DNA from: Acidobacteriaceae bacterium
GTDB taxonomy: Bacteria; Acidobacteriota; Terriglobia; Terriglobales; Acidobacteriaceae
Reading direction: 5' to 3'
Assembly: GCA_030037635.1 (NCBI GenBank)
Contig: JASHQH010000321.1
Location: 10,571-74,570 of the forward strand
DNA: 64,000 nucleotides
The translations under genes and the position numbers were made by a program. Below, one piece after another: positions 1 to 10,725 of the stretch. The notes beneath the pieces are model-generated. The model searched no databases. It was not told where the DNA came from and saw only the letters and a program-made list of their open reading frames with translations. Positions within the stretch are counted from its first letter, which is position 1; each line of letters begins with the position of its first letter.

Positions 1-1563
<1,563 letters not shown>

Positions 1564-1620
1564 CCACCTGCGGTGGCGCAGATGCAGCTTCGCTGCAAGT
1601 GCCTGCGCCGCTTTCTTTGA

Positions 1621-1651
1621 AAAAGGGCTGCTCGCAATAGCAGCCCTTTTT
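1621..1651 (+). terminator. Rho-independent terminator downstream of ftsH
   Basis: Perfect 12-bp stem AAAAGGGCTGCT / AGCAGCCCTTTT with 6-nt loop CGCAAT, followed by T. Confidence 0.7.
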
Positions 1652-1789
1652 GCGTCCGCCTGTGACACCTGATCCCTGAAACCGGCCCCCTGTATAATTC
1701 CCCCGCAGACGGAATCCCGCTCGCCTGTGCGTTCGTCAGAGTTGCGGCCGGTCCGTTTGATTCCAGAAAATCATTCAGGAGTTCTCCGC

Positions 1790-3184
1790 ATGCACGCGGT
1801 CCTACGCCGTCTTTCGGTTTTCGTCTCCCCCGTCGTCACTGCGATTTTCCTCCTCGCCGCCGAAGCCCATGCCGCGCCTGTCCTGATGATCTCCATCGAC
1901 GGGCTCAAGCCCGAATACATCACCCACGCCGACGAGCACGGCATGAAGATCCCCTACCTGCGCACGCTCGTTGCCAACGGCACGTATGCTGAGGGCGTGG
2001 TCGGCATCTGGCCCACGGTCACCTACCCCAGCCACACCACGCTGCTCACCGGTGTGTGGCCCGCTCAGCACGGCATCTATGCCAACCTGGTCTTCGATCC
2101 CTTCCAACATTTCTCCGGCGCGTGGTACTGGTACGCATCGCAAATCCGCGTGCCCACGCTGTGGCAGGCTGCGCACAAGGCCGGACTGCACACCGCCAGC
2201 GTGGGCTGGCCGGTCAGCGTTGGCGCCACCGGCGTGGATTACCTGATCCCGGAGTACTGGCGCGGGCCGAACGCCGACTACTCCCCGGATCCCGACGACC
2301 AGTTGCTGATGGCCTCACTGGCCCGACCCGACACGCTGATCCAGCAACTTGAACCCGCCGCCGGCCCTTACATGAACGGCAACGACACCAGCATCGGCGG
2401 CGATGAGGTGAAAACCCGCTATACGCTGGAGATTCTGCGCCGCTACAAGCCGGCGCTCGTCACTCTGCACCTCAGCTCGCTCGATGCGGCGCAGCATGCG
2501 CATGGGCCGTTCAGCGCCGAGGCCGATGCCGATCTCGAGGCCCTTGACGGCATGGTCGCGCGCCTGACGCGCCAGGAGTTTGCCTTGAACCCCGCAGCCG
2601 TGCTGGTCATCGTCTCTGATCACGGCTTCATGAACATCACGCATTTTGTGAATCTGGCCTACGCGTTCGTGAAGGCAGGATTCATTCAGGCCACCTTCAA
2701 TCCCGGCTCAAGAGTCCCCTCAGTGACTTCGTGGAAGGCCGAGCCGTGGAGCGCCGGCGGCATGGCCGCTATCATGCTGCATGATCCCGGCGATGCGGCG
2801 ACTGAGCAGCAGGTGCGTGCGTTCCTTATGAAGCTTGCAGCTGACCCATCGAACGGCATTGCGCAGGTCCTCGACCGCCAGGAAATCACCCGGCGCGGCG
2901 CATTCCCCGATGCAGCATTCCTCGTCGTCTTCAAGCCCGGCTATTACTTCGGCACCGACACATCGGGCACTCTGGTCACGCCCGTTCCCGGAACGCGCGG
3001 CTCCCATGGCTTCTCGCCGGAGTATCCTGAGATGCGCTCTTCCTTCTTTGCGTTAGGGGCCGGCATTGCCCATCATCGCGACCTGGGTGTAGTGGATATG
3101 CGCCAGATTGCGCCCACCGTGGCCCACATCCTGCACGCGCCGATGCCCACGGCAAAGGCCGAGCCGCTGCACGTGGCGCCTTGA
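1790..3184 (+). CDS. Secreted nucleotide pyrophosphatase/phosphodiesterase (type I phosphodiesterase, alkaline-phosphatase superfamily)
   Basis: MISIDGLKPEYI and TVTYPSHTTLLTGVWPAQHGI metal/nucleophile motifs, VSDHGF; signal peptide from Met at 1790 (track ORF starts 1727). Confidence 0.8.
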   Translation: MHAVLRRLSVFVSPVVTAIFLLAAEAHAAPVLMISIDGLKPEYITHADEHGMKIPYLRTLVANGTYAEGVVGIWPTVTYPSHTTLLTGVWPAQHGIYANLVFDPFQHFSGAWYWYASQIRVPTLWQAAHKAGLHTASVGWPVSVGATGVDYLIPEYWRGPNADYSPDPDDQLLMASLARPDTLIQQLEPAAGPYMNGNDTSIGGDEVKTRYTLEILRRYKPALVTLHLSSLDAAQHAHGPFSAEADADLEALDGMVARLTRQEFALNPAAVLVIVSDHGFMNITHFVNLAYAFVKAGFIQATFNPGSRVPSVTSWKAEPWSAGGMAAIMLHDPGDAATEQQVRAFLMKLAADPSNGIAQVLDRQEITRRGAFPDAAFLVVFKPGYYFGTDTSGTLVTPVPGTRGSHGFSPEYPEMRSSFFALGAGIAHHRDLGVVDMRQIAPTVAHILHAPMPTAKAEPLHVAP

Positions 3185-3262
3185 TTGAGGGCTGCGGCGC
3201 CTCTTTGGTCCGCGGCTCCCGTTTACCCCAAACCCGGCCTTGGAATAGGCCACAAAACGCAA

Positions 3263-3289
3263 ACGGCGATTCCATCAGGGAATCGCCGT
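3263..3289. terminator. Hairpin between convergent genes (possible bidirectional terminator)
   Basis: Perfect 11-bp stem ACGGCGATTCC / GGAATCGCCGT, loop ATCAG, then CGGCCTTCTTGTTG. Confidence 0.45.
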
Positions 3290-3296
3290 CGGCCTT

Positions 3297-3390
3297 CTTG
3301 TTGCCTCAGTCCCTTGTTCCCTGCCGGGGCCCCGGGCGTGCGATTTCTGCTCGCTGGGGGTGGCTTGCCCTCAGTCCCTTGTTTCCTGCC
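3297..3390 (+). repeat. Dispersed repeat copy 1: CCCT-array arms flanking a GC-rich stem-loop core (B module)
   Basis: TTGCCTCAGTCCCTTGTTCCCTGCC (3301-3325) and TTGCCCTCAGTCCCTTGTTTCCTGCC (3365-3390) flank GGGGCCCCGGGCGTGCGATTTCTGCTCGCTGGGGGTGG; ends 3 nt from the stop codon at 3394. Confidence 0.8.
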
Positions 3391-3393
3391 TTT

Positions 3394-3939
3394 TCAAAAG
3401 ACCCGGTAGGCGATCCCAACGCTGCCGCCGTAGGGATAGAGGGTGGGCGCCACGTTCCAATCCTCGTATTCGAAGTCGACGCAGCGCAGCGTGAAGTGCT
3501 TGCTCATGCGGTAATCCACGCCGCCACCGTAGGCCACCGCAAAGGTGTTGCCGGTAAGGAAGCTGCCCGTGCCCATGCCCACCAGCACTTTGCCGTACGG
3601 TACGAGTCCGTGAAACTCCCAGGGCGCAATCCGCGGGCCGATCAAGTAGGTATCTTCGTTGATGCCGCGGTATTGGTTAAAGCGGAGCCAGTGGCCCTCG
3701 CCCTCGATTTGCAGCCAGCGGTTGAAGTGCACGTCAATGTAGGCGCCTGGGCCGTAAAGCCGGTTGGGGCTGGTTTGAGCAATAAACTCGTCCGCGTAGT
3801 CAGGCTGGTACATCGAACCCAACGCACCCGCCTCGAGTCTGAAGGGGCTGCCCTGCGCTGAAGGGACCACTTGCGCACGTGCGGAAACGACAACCGCGAA
3901 AAGCACTGCGCAGAAAAGTGAAGAAATCGTTGATTTCAT
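3394..3939 (-). CDS. Small outer-membrane beta-barrel protein (OmpW/OmpA-beta-barrel-like)
   Basis: Signal peptide MKSTISSLFCAVLFAVVVSARAQ, alternating aromatic/Gly beta-strand pattern, C-terminal ...GIAYRVF; start could be 3954. Confidence 0.7.
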   Translation of the reverse strand: MKSTISSLFCAVLFAVVVSARAQVVPSAQGSPFRLEAGALGSMYQPDYADEFIAQTSPNRLYGPGAYIDVHFNRWLQIEGEGHWLRFNQYRGINEDTYLIGPRIAPWEFHGLVPYGKVLVGMGTGSFLTGNTFAVAYGGGVDYRMSKHFTLRCVDFEYEDWNVAPTLYPYGGSVGIAYRVF

Positions 3940-4068
3940 GAGCACAACGCACATCCACTTACGATGAATTTTTCACCAAGGGAGGATGCGAATCTCGCAA
4001 ATACACCAAACCGGCTTGGGGGCGCTGCCTCGAAAGCAGCGCCCAATCCCAGGCCTGGTGAATTAATT

Positions 4069-6162
4069 CTATTCTGTTTGCGGGTTTTGTGCAGTTGTGG
4101 ATTGCTGATCCTGTGCAGGAACAGCGGTGCTGGCCGGCGGCGGCTGCGAGGGGGGCGTAGCGCCATTCGGCGTAGGCGATGCACTGGTCGCCGGAGAAGT
4201 TGGGGCCGGCGGCGCATTGTCGGGCGCTGCGGCTGGTTGATCGTTGGCCGAAGGCGTGGCCGAAGGAGCCGCGGCAGGCGCCGGCGTCGGCGTCACTGCA
4301 GCCTCTTCGTACCGCTGCAGCTTGTAGAAGATCGGCGTCACTTCAAACGGCATCTTGTCGCGGGCGTTCATGGGCAAATACCGCTTGGCATTCAGCATGT
4401 GCACCTTGTCGTCCCACGGATCCGTCTTGAGCCAGCTTCCCAGTGGCAGGGCCGCCTGCTGCGTCGGATCATCCCAGTTGATCTTCGGCGCCATGTGCGC
4501 AAGCTCGGCCAGCCACGGCGTGCCATCCGGCCTCAGCATCGAATCGCCCAGCTTGGGAGTGTTCAGCGCCTTCAGTGCGCCGCCACGATCGGCCAGCTGC
4601 TCAAAGTAGAGCCCGGCGTTGGGCAGCTTGTCCTTGTACATGGAGGCTTCAAGATACTCCATGGCCTTCTTGGCGGCAGTCCCGTTGTCCACATCCGAGT
4701 GATTCATGTTGATCTGGCGGAAGGTGGACTCGTCAGGAAAGAGCAGCCGGTCGTTAAAGGCATAACGCGTGTCGATATGATGGCCCATCGCGATATGCGC
4801 CAGTTCCAGCGACATCACTGCGGCGATGGCTTCCTCGCTCGGCAGGCTGTCGAGCAACCCTTTGCTCACCAGAATGGTGTTGCCCACCGTGGTGGCCTCG
4901 ATGGTGTCGGTCAGCAGCACGCGGCAGTGAATCGGGTCGGTGAAGGCCAGGTTGTTCGGTACGATCAGGTTGATCACAATCTGACCCAGAACCTTGTCTT
5001 CATAGCCGCCGGGATCCAGAGGCGCCACCAGGCCGGCTTCCACCAGCCGGTCGATGATGTTGTTCTCGGCCTGCGAAATCCACATGCGTGATGCCTGCAG
5101 CGGGCCCACGTCCTGCGAGTCGTCGCTCTTGTCCACAGCGTCGTCAACCTTCACGCTCACGTTCTCGGCATTGCGCGTGGGCAGCTTCAGCGAGTAGCCC
5201 CAGAAGTGCGTCTGAGCCTTCAGGCCTACTGATTTTTCGCCTTCGGTGCGCTGCGTTTCCTCAACGTAAACGGCCACCGGCAGCCAGATTCCCGGCTGCA
5301 CATTCATCCGCCAGCTATCGAAGTGGAAGAAGTACTTCGACGCATCCTCGCTGGTAGGGCCGGTATAGGTGCCGTTGAAGCGCACCACGTTGCCGCCCTC
5401 ATCCTCGATCCAGATGCGCCCGTAGAACCGGCCCATGCCCTTCACTTCGGCCCTGGGGTGCACGTCGAACACCCAGGTGCGCACCGTCCCCAGAAACTCG
5501 CGGCGCACGAAGCTGAAGACGTAATGCTGCTGGTCAAAGCCCGACGGATCGATAAACATCATTTCCATGAAGCCGCTGGGCATGTAGGTGAAGTGCGTGT
5601 CCAGGCCCAGCGCCTTGGTCAGCCCCGTCATGGCGGAGACTGAATCCCGGAAGAAGTTGCGCTTCACATCCTCCTTCGGCACGTAAGTCTTGTCGAAAAA
5701 CCCCTTGCCAAAATCCACACGGCTAAGCATGTAGTGATCGGCCATGGGCACTTCGTATAGCTTCACGTCCGGCCTGGTGTCCTGAATGTAGGTTTCCACC
5801 AGCGGCGTGCGCTGCTGAATGTTCTTGATAAGTATCTTTTCCTGGGTGATGGCCTTTTGCACCAGGGCCAGCTGCTCAGGAGTGAGTTGGCGGGCTTGTT
5901 CGTACTTCGGTTCTTTCTTCGCGTACGCGCAAACTACGCCCATGGTCAAGATCAGGAAGGTTACGGCAAAACCAGCGATCTTCCGTCCCGCGGATTTCCC
6001 ATGGCGCCGCGCCTCAGAGTCGCGCTGACTTGAAAACTGCGGCTGAGGGATTGCAAATCCCTGGTCTTGGAATAGGGGGATCTTCCGAAATGTCATGTGC
6101 GACTCCTCGTGGAACACTTTGCGGCTTTCCTCTTCCTCGTCACGCCTCTTGAGCGCGCGCAC
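4069..6162 (-). CDS. Membrane-anchored M48-like protein with degenerate zinc motif (LEXXH) and Pro/Ala/Thr-rich C-terminal tail
   Basis: N-terminal TM GFAVTFLILTMGVVCAYA; GNTILVSKGLLDSLPSEEAIAAVMSLELAHIAMGHH aligns by eye to the M48 pattern ..GLL..l...EL.aVlaHExxH; start may be 6096. Confidence 0.6.
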   Translation of the reverse strand: MRALKRRDEEEESRKVFHEESHMTFRKIPLFQDQGFAIPQPQFSSQRDSEARRHGKSAGRKIAGFAVTFLILTMGVVCAYAKKEPKYEQARQLTPEQLALVQKAITQEKILIKNIQQRTPLVETYIQDTRPDVKLYEVPMADHYMLSRVDFGKGFFDKTYVPKEDVKRNFFRDSVSAMTGLTKALGLDTHFTYMPSGFMEMMFIDPSGFDQQHYVFSFVRREFLGTVRTWVFDVHPRAEVKGMGRFYGRIWIEDEGGNVVRFNGTYTGPTSEDASKYFFHFDSWRMNVQPGIWLPVAVYVEETQRTEGEKSVGLKAQTHFWGYSLKLPTRNAENVSVKVDDAVDKSDDSQDVGPLQASRMWISQAENNIIDRLVEAGLVAPLDPGGYEDKVLGQIVINLIVPNNLAFTDPIHCRVLLTDTIEATTVGNTILVSKGLLDSLPSEEAIAAVMSLELAHIAMGHHIDTRYAFNDRLLFPDESTFRQINMNHSDVDNGTAAKKAMEYLEASMYKDKLPNAGLYFEQLADRGGALKALNTPKLGDSMLRPDGTPWLAELAHMAPKINWDDPTQQAALPLGSWLKTDPWDDKVHMLNAKRYLPMNARDKMPFEVTPIFYKLQRYEEAAVTPTPAPAAAPSATPSANDQPAAAPDNAPPAPTSPATSASPTPNGATPPSQPPPASTAVPAQDQQSTTAQNPQTE

Positions 6163-6230
6163 CGGATTCAGCTGTGTTCTCCTCTTCTCAAAATTGATGC
6201 TACCCCAATTGAGGTTTCCCTTTTGTCCCG

Positions 6231-7385
6231 TTACGCCAATTGGAACGTAATGGTAATCCTTGTCGTTACGTCTACCGGATGACCGTTGCTGGTCGCCGGA
6301 CGAAAGCGAATCTGTTCCGCCACGCGGCGCGCTTCTTCGTCGAGCCCATGGCCGAGACCGTGCACGATTTCATGCACCACCACCTGACCGGTGGCGAGAA
6401 ATGTCACGCTCAGCACGACATCTCCCTGGACGTGCAATTGCCTGGCTTCGTTCGTATATCGCACCGGAGGCTTTGAAAGTACTTCAACCTCGGTGGCGCG
6501 AACCCCCTCGTTGACCAGCTTGGGAGCCGCCACCGCCGCCGTGGCCTGGGGAATCCCCGCCGAGGCCACCTTGCCACCGTACCCGGGACCGGTGCCGGTC
6601 GCGCCGGGCATGCCGGCCGAGGCCACCTTCCCCACCACGCCGTTGTTCGAACCGTATTTCAGTCCGTTGCCGAGACCCGTCGACCCAACTACACCGTGCG
6701 GTGCTACTGCCGGCCCTTCCATCCCGCCATAGGGATTGCCGATCGCCGCCACGGTGGCGGGACGCGTCGCGTTGGGATTGGGCGTCACTCCGAAGGTCTG
6801 GCCCAGATGCACTGCCGCCGTGGACGGCTTCACCTGCGGGTTTTGCGCCGGCATGGCTGCCGTCAGCGCCGCCTTGGGTTGCGGGGCCAGCGTTACCGTC
6901 TGCGGCTTCGGAGCCACCACCGGCATGTTCAACTTGGCTTCCATCTCCACCGGCTTCGGCTCTGGCTTGGGCTTGGGCAGGTCGATCTTCTTCTCTTCAA
7001 GTTGTGGAAGTTCCAGCTTGGGCTGCTGCACCGGAGGCGGAAGCTCCGGCGGCGGCTGTTTCACCTTCACCGGCGGCGGAGGATTGCTGGGAATGATCAG
7101 CTCCGTCATCTCATAGTGCTGCTCGATCACGTGCTTTGCGGTCATGCCCACGATGATGATCGTGGTCGCCACCATCAGGTTCACGCTCGAGCTCACCACG
7201 AACGGAAGGATTCGGCCCTCCGGTTCCGGCAGCAATCCAAAATTGGTTCGTCCAGGCGTATAACTCGTCGGCATTTCCTCATACCTCGTGTCCGGCCGCT
7301 CGAGCCGGCACAGAATCTCTGGCTTTTCATCGAACTTCGGCAAGATCGGGGGCGGCACTTCGCCGGCCAAAGGAATCTGCGGCAC
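6231..7385 (-). CDS. TonB-family protein (Pro-rich spacer plus TonB C-terminal domain)
   Basis: TM segment, PPPPVKVKQPPPELPPPVQQPKLELP spacer, C-terminal VRYTNEARQLHVQGDVVLSVTFLATGQV...ITITFQLA; GTG start. Confidence 0.85.
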   Translation of the reverse strand: MPQIPLAGEVPPPILPKFDEKPEILCRLERPDTRYEEMPTSYTPGRTNFGLLPEPEGRILPFVVSSSVNLMVATTIIIVGMTAKHVIEQHYEMTELIIPSNPPPPVKVKQPPPELPPPVQQPKLELPQLEEKKIDLPKPKPEPKPVEMEAKLNMPVVAPKPQTVTLAPQPKAALTAAMPAQNPQVKPSTAAVHLGQTFGVTPNPNATRPATVAAIGNPYGGMEGPAVAPHGVVGSTGLGNGLKYGSNNGVVGKVASAGMPGATGTGPGYGGKVASAGIPQATAAVAAPKLVNEGVRATEVEVLSKPPVRYTNEARQLHVQGDVVLSVTFLATGQVVVHEIVHGLGHGLDEEARRVAEQIRFRPATSNGHPVDVTTRITITFQLA

Positions 7386-7971
7386 TCGATTTCTTCTTGT
7401 CCATCACCATGCTTTGCGGCGAGTGCTTCCGCAGCATGATCTGCACCGTCCGGCCCTGCGTGCTCTCCGGCCGACTTACCTCACTTTCAACCTTCGGCCA
7501 AACCCGGCGATCCGATCTGTTTTCTCCGGAGATTCCATGCAGATGGAGGGGGAGATGCCAGTATATGGTCTTTTAAATCCCACGCCGATAACCCAAATTG
7601 TGTATCGACAATGGGGAAACTCTTGAGGGAAACGTGCAGCTTATCGAGCGCTTCGCCGTCTCTCGAGCTGGCCTGGTGAAACCCTGTGCCTGCAGACACC
7701 ACGTCCCTCCGCTTCCGTGTATGTTCCAAGGCACCTGTTCGGGAACCGTGCGCTCTGTGCGCGCCGGTGGGAGCGTGTTGCCTGAATGCCAAATTCGGGG
7801 GTGAAACCCCAGCCCGGTATCCCTTTATTCGACACCGTGCATCCACTCCGACGACAGGCATCGCCCACGGGGAGGAATTTGGCCCTGCGACTCGGTCGGC
7901 CGCTTTTTCGGCACTGCTCTTCTTATAGACTCAAGGTACCGCAAACTGTCGTGGAAAGGGGAATCTTTTTT

Positions 7972-8985
7972 GTGAAGATCTTCGTGACCGGCGGCGCTGG
8001 GTACATTGGTGGGACCGTCTCCCAAATGCTGACTGAAAAGGGACACGAAGCCGTTATTTTCGACAATTTCCGCCACGGCCGTCGCGATTTGCTTCCCAGC
8101 GGTGCGCAGTTCATCGCCGGCGAACTGGCCGATCGCCAGACGCTTGAAAACATTTTCAGTTCCGCCCGCCAAAACCTCCAGCCCTTCGACGCCGTGCTCC
8201 ATTTCGCCGCTCTCATTGAGGCCGGCGAATCGATGCAGCGCCCCGAAATCTACTTTCGCAACAACACGGCCGGCACTCTTTCGCTGCTTGAGGCCATGCT
8301 GGCCTGCGGGCCCCGCCGCCTCATATTCTCCTCCACCGCGGCTGTCTACGGCGAGCCGGAATCCATTCCGATTGAAGAGGATGCGCGCCTCGAGCCCACA
8401 AACCCATACGGCCAGTCCAAGCTCCTCGTCGAGCAGATGCTGGTCTGGTTCAATCGTATTCACGGCATCAAATACGCCTCCCTGCGTTACTTCAATGTCG
8501 CCGGCGCCCGCGAAGGGCCCAACGGCGTAACCCGCGGCGAAGCGCATGAGCCCGAATCGCATTTGATTCCCCTCATCCTCGATGTCGCTCTCGGCCACCG
8601 GCCCTCCATCCGCATCTATGGCGACGATTACCCCACCCCTGACGGCACTTGCATCCGTGACTACATCCATGTCTCCGACTTGGCCGACGCCCACCTGCTG
8701 GCGCTCGACGCGCTCGACGAACGGACCGAAAAACAGCCCCCGCTCATCTACAACCTTGGTAATGGGCGCGGTTTCAGCGTGCGGGACGTGGTTTCATCCG
8801 CGCGACGCGTCACCGGCCATCCCATTCCCGAAGTAATCGAGCCGCGCCGCCCCGGCGACCCCGCTATCCTGGTCGCCAGTTCCACCAAAGCGATGCGCGA
8901 ACTGCGATGGAAGCCGCGCTACACCGGCCTCGACGACATCGTCCGCACCGCCTGGCTCTGGCATCAGAAACGTTATCGCGCGTGA
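7972..8985 (+). CDS. galE: UDP-glucose 4-epimerase
   Basis: VKIFVTGGAGYIGG Rossmann motif, YGQSKLLVEQM (YxxxK); GTG start at 7972 within track ORF 7786..8985. Confidence 0.93.
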   Translation: MKIFVTGGAGYIGGTVSQMLTEKGHEAVIFDNFRHGRRDLLPSGAQFIAGELADRQTLENIFSSARQNLQPFDAVLHFAALIEAGESMQRPEIYFRNNTAGTLSLLEAMLACGPRRLIFSSTAAVYGEPESIPIEEDARLEPTNPYGQSKLLVEQMLVWFNRIHGIKYASLRYFNVAGAREGPNGVTRGEAHEPESHLIPLILDVALGHRPSIRIYGDDYPTPDGTCIRDYIHVSDLADAHLLALDALDERTEKQPPLIYNLGNGRGFSVRDVVSSARRVTGHPIPEVIEPRRPGDPAILVASSTKAMRELRWKPRYTGLDDIVRTAWLWHQKRYRA

Positions 8986-9070
8986 TGGTACATTCACTCT
9001 GGAGCCGGGCGGCCCTGGGTCCCTGACATTTTGGAGACCGGGAATCGTACCGAGGTGGCTGGGAACTGGC

Positions 9071-9574
9071 ATGCAGCGCATCTATTTGCTATCGACAGGT
9101 GGAACCATCGAGAAGGTCTACTCCGAGCAGAGCGGCGTGGTCGAGAATCGCGTCGCCAAGCTCGACCGCTATCTGCGCATGCTGCGTCTGCCCGATGCCG
9201 AAGTTCATACCATCCACCTCATGAACAAAGACAGCCTCGAGATGACGGATGCCGATCGCGCCGATGTCCGCGATCACGTCGCCCAGCTTCTCTCTGAAGG
9301 CGCGCCCATCGTGATCTCGCACGGCACCGACACCATGGTCGAGACCGGTCTTTTTCTTCAGCGCGCATTCCCCGAACTCAAGGCGCCCGTCATCCTCACC
9401 GGAGCCATGACGCCGCTGGGATTCGAAGGAAGCGACGGCCTGCAAAACCTCACCGAGAGCCTGCTTGCCGCGCGCCTGCTCTCCCCCGGCGTCTTCGTCG
9501 TCATGCACGGGCAAGTCTTTCCCGTCAGCCGCGTCCGCAAAGACAAGGATAGGGCGACATTTGTGAGGACGTAG
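9071..9574 (+). CDS. Asparaginase N-terminal-domain-only protein (167 aa)
   Basis: LSTGGTIEK nucleophile motif and HGTDTMVETG motif of L-asparaginase/GatD N-domain; no C-terminal domain. Confidence 0.75.
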   Translation: MQRIYLLSTGGTIEKVYSEQSGVVENRVAKLDRYLRMLRLPDAEVHTIHLMNKDSLEMTDADRADVRDHVAQLLSEGAPIVISHGTDTMVETGLFLQRAFPELKAPVILTGAMTPLGFEGSDGLQNLTESLLAARLLSPGVFVVMHGQVFPVSRVRKDKDRATFVRT

Positions 9575-9651
9575 AGCGTTTCGGAGTTGCTGCCCCTCGC
9601 CCATCGCGTTGTTACCCTGAGCGGCCGGGCGCTTTCCTTCACGTCGGCGCT

Positions 9652-10485
9652 TCACTGGACAACGTGGAAAGTGCGTCTCCAGCGCGTGTCTGGGAAGAAA
9701 TGCACCAGAACGTGGCCCACCCACACCAGCTTGTGACCGAATCCTGTTTGTTCAAGTTGTCCATCTGCGGCCTTGAACGACCAATAGTTGAACAGTGGAC
9801 GGCCAAGTATGTTGGCGCGCGGCACGAAGCCCCAGAAGCGCGAGTCCAGGCTGTTGTGCCGATTATCGCCCATCATGAAGTACATGCCGGGTGGGACCAC
9901 GAGATCGCCTCCCTGCAGATAATTCGAGAAGTTCACGATCCATGACTCCGTTGATCCAGGCACCTCGGCTGGGGACACTGCGGGGAAATCATCGAGGAAC
10001 TCGTTGAAGTTTTCCCTGGTCGTAGGCTGCGCAAATCCCGCAGGCTGTGCGACACCATTAACGATCACAACGCCGTTGCGTAGATGAATATGATCGCCCG
10101 GTACACCAATCAATCTCTTCACCAGGGGAGTGTACTGTGGCGTCCCATCGGCGTCCGTCGCATCAATCCCAGGCTGATTGACGGGCTTGCGAAACACCAC
10201 GATATCACCCCGCTTCGGCTCGCGATATCGTATGAGTGGCATCCACGACGCGGGCGGCGAGAGCGTGATCTGGTCGACCACCAGGTGATCACCGATAAGC
10301 AGCGTGTTCTCCATCGAGCCTGACGGAATGACGTAGTTCTGAGCCAGGAAGGTCAGAATAAATAGGCCCACCACCAGAACTGAGCAAATGCTCGACAGCG
10401 CCTCGAAAGGCGTCTCTTCCCGTTCGATGCTGGCCGAAGCTGCGCGCCTCGTCGAATTAGGAGAAAACTTCCTCGCAGAACTCAT
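9652..10485 (-). CDS. lepB: Signal peptidase I
   Basis: SGSMENTLLIGD (Ser), KRLIGVPGD (Lys), GDNRHNSLDSRFWG boxes. Confidence 0.93.
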   Translation of the reverse strand: MSSARKFSPNSTRRAASASIEREETPFEALSSICSVLVVGLFILTFLAQNYVIPSGSMENTLLIGDHLVVDQITLSPPASWMPLIRYREPKRGDIVVFRKPVNQPGIDATDADGTPQYTPLVKRLIGVPGDHIHLRNGVVIVNGVAQPAGFAQPTTRENFNEFLDDFPAVSPAEVPGSTESWIVNFSNYLQGGDLVVPPGMYFMMGDNRHNSLDSRFWGFVPRANILGRPLFNYWSFKAADGQLEQTGFGHKLVWVGHVLVHFFPDTRWRRTFHVVQ

Positions 10486-10574
10486 CCAAAGGCTCCCCAG
10501 GAAGGCTAGCGAGCCTTGGGGCGTTCACAGGCCGCACTCCAAATGCGCTTGCCATGCATCGATCGATAGTTTTT

Positions 10575-10603
10575 TTGACTTCGTCTTGACCGGAGTCTAT
10601 CAA
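10575..10603 (+). promoter_or_regulatory. Sigma70-like promoter candidate upstream of the radical SAM gene
   Basis: TTGACT-N17-TATCAA in a locally AT-richer divergent intergenic region, about 120 nt upstream of ATG 10726. Confidence 0.3.
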
Positions 10604-10725
10604 AACCCCCAAGCACGCCGAAAATTTCCCCGATGGATCAGTCACGAGCACATGGAGTCGCCTATCAGGAAATTGCACCGCCTCCCTGAGTTTGCTCAAC
10701 GCAGTTGAATTGCTAGAATCGAATC

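Noticed and set aside
7584-7591. Perfect sigma28 -10 box GCCGATAA in the 586-nt tonB/galE divergent region
   Set aside because: The only TAAA upstream is 6 nt away instead of about 15, and the box is about 380 nt from galE. This is insufficient for a promoter call.
7386-7971. Unusually long divergent intergenic region. I looked for a riboswitch, RNase P, tmRNA, SRP or 6S-like features and noted the duplicated GGTGAAACCC motif (7675, 7799).
   Set aside because: I could not recognise any conserved RNA-family core sequence by eye. The question stays open but unsupported and needs a covariance-model scan.
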